64,000 bases of DNA from Ancylonema sp. (taxonomy: Eukaryota), in contig JBFLGF010000151.1 of the NCBI GenBank assembly GCA_050230475.1, forward strand, positions 1 to 64,000, written 5' to 3'. This document shows positions 63,868 through 64,000 of the stretch, piece by piece (the stretch's first letter is position 1; each line of letters opens with the position of its first letter). A program made the position numbers and the translations under genes. A model generated the notes under the pieces. It was not told the origin of the DNA, ran no database searches, and saw only the letters and a program-made list of their open reading frames with translations.

Positions 63868-64000
63868 TTGTCGCTAGCAAATGTTTTACGTGATTTGGCT
63901 GTACCGAGAATTGGCGTATCCGTTACGTTACGGGTTATACGCGGGTCTCGGAGGTAGTTCCAGCCTATCATCGCGTTTCTTTTCGCTGGAGCCCTAATCA

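Overview
Eukaryotic, intron-rich plant-lineage DNA. The gene set and TTTTAGGG-like intron repeats suggest a streptophyte alga (inference). Host genes are a BTB/POZ-MATH protein, V-ATPase subunit A, a GIL1/IRKI-like protein, an aldo-keto reductase, a small conserved protein of unknown function, a P-type PPR protein, a probable CENH3 and ribosomal protein S27. Three single-'n' joins (22960, 26199, 44719) are each flanked by locally duplicated, partly diverged sequence, which may be uncollapsed haplotypes or tandem duplications. The first 20 kb and 36-42 kb are nested LTR retrotransposons. The main finding is a degenerate Ty3/Gypsy element (2142-8193, minus strand) whose polyprotein carries a cytosine-5 DNA methyltransferase domain between protease and reverse transcriptase. 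It has no tRNA primer site. Instead a perfect 17-bp inverted repeat links the predicted transcript start to the PBS position, suggesting self-priming. Non-coding relatives elsewhere in the window join the same leader to an extra ~225-bp terminal module at the same junction, hinting at asymmetric or split terminal repeats. All alignments and identities were judged by eye.
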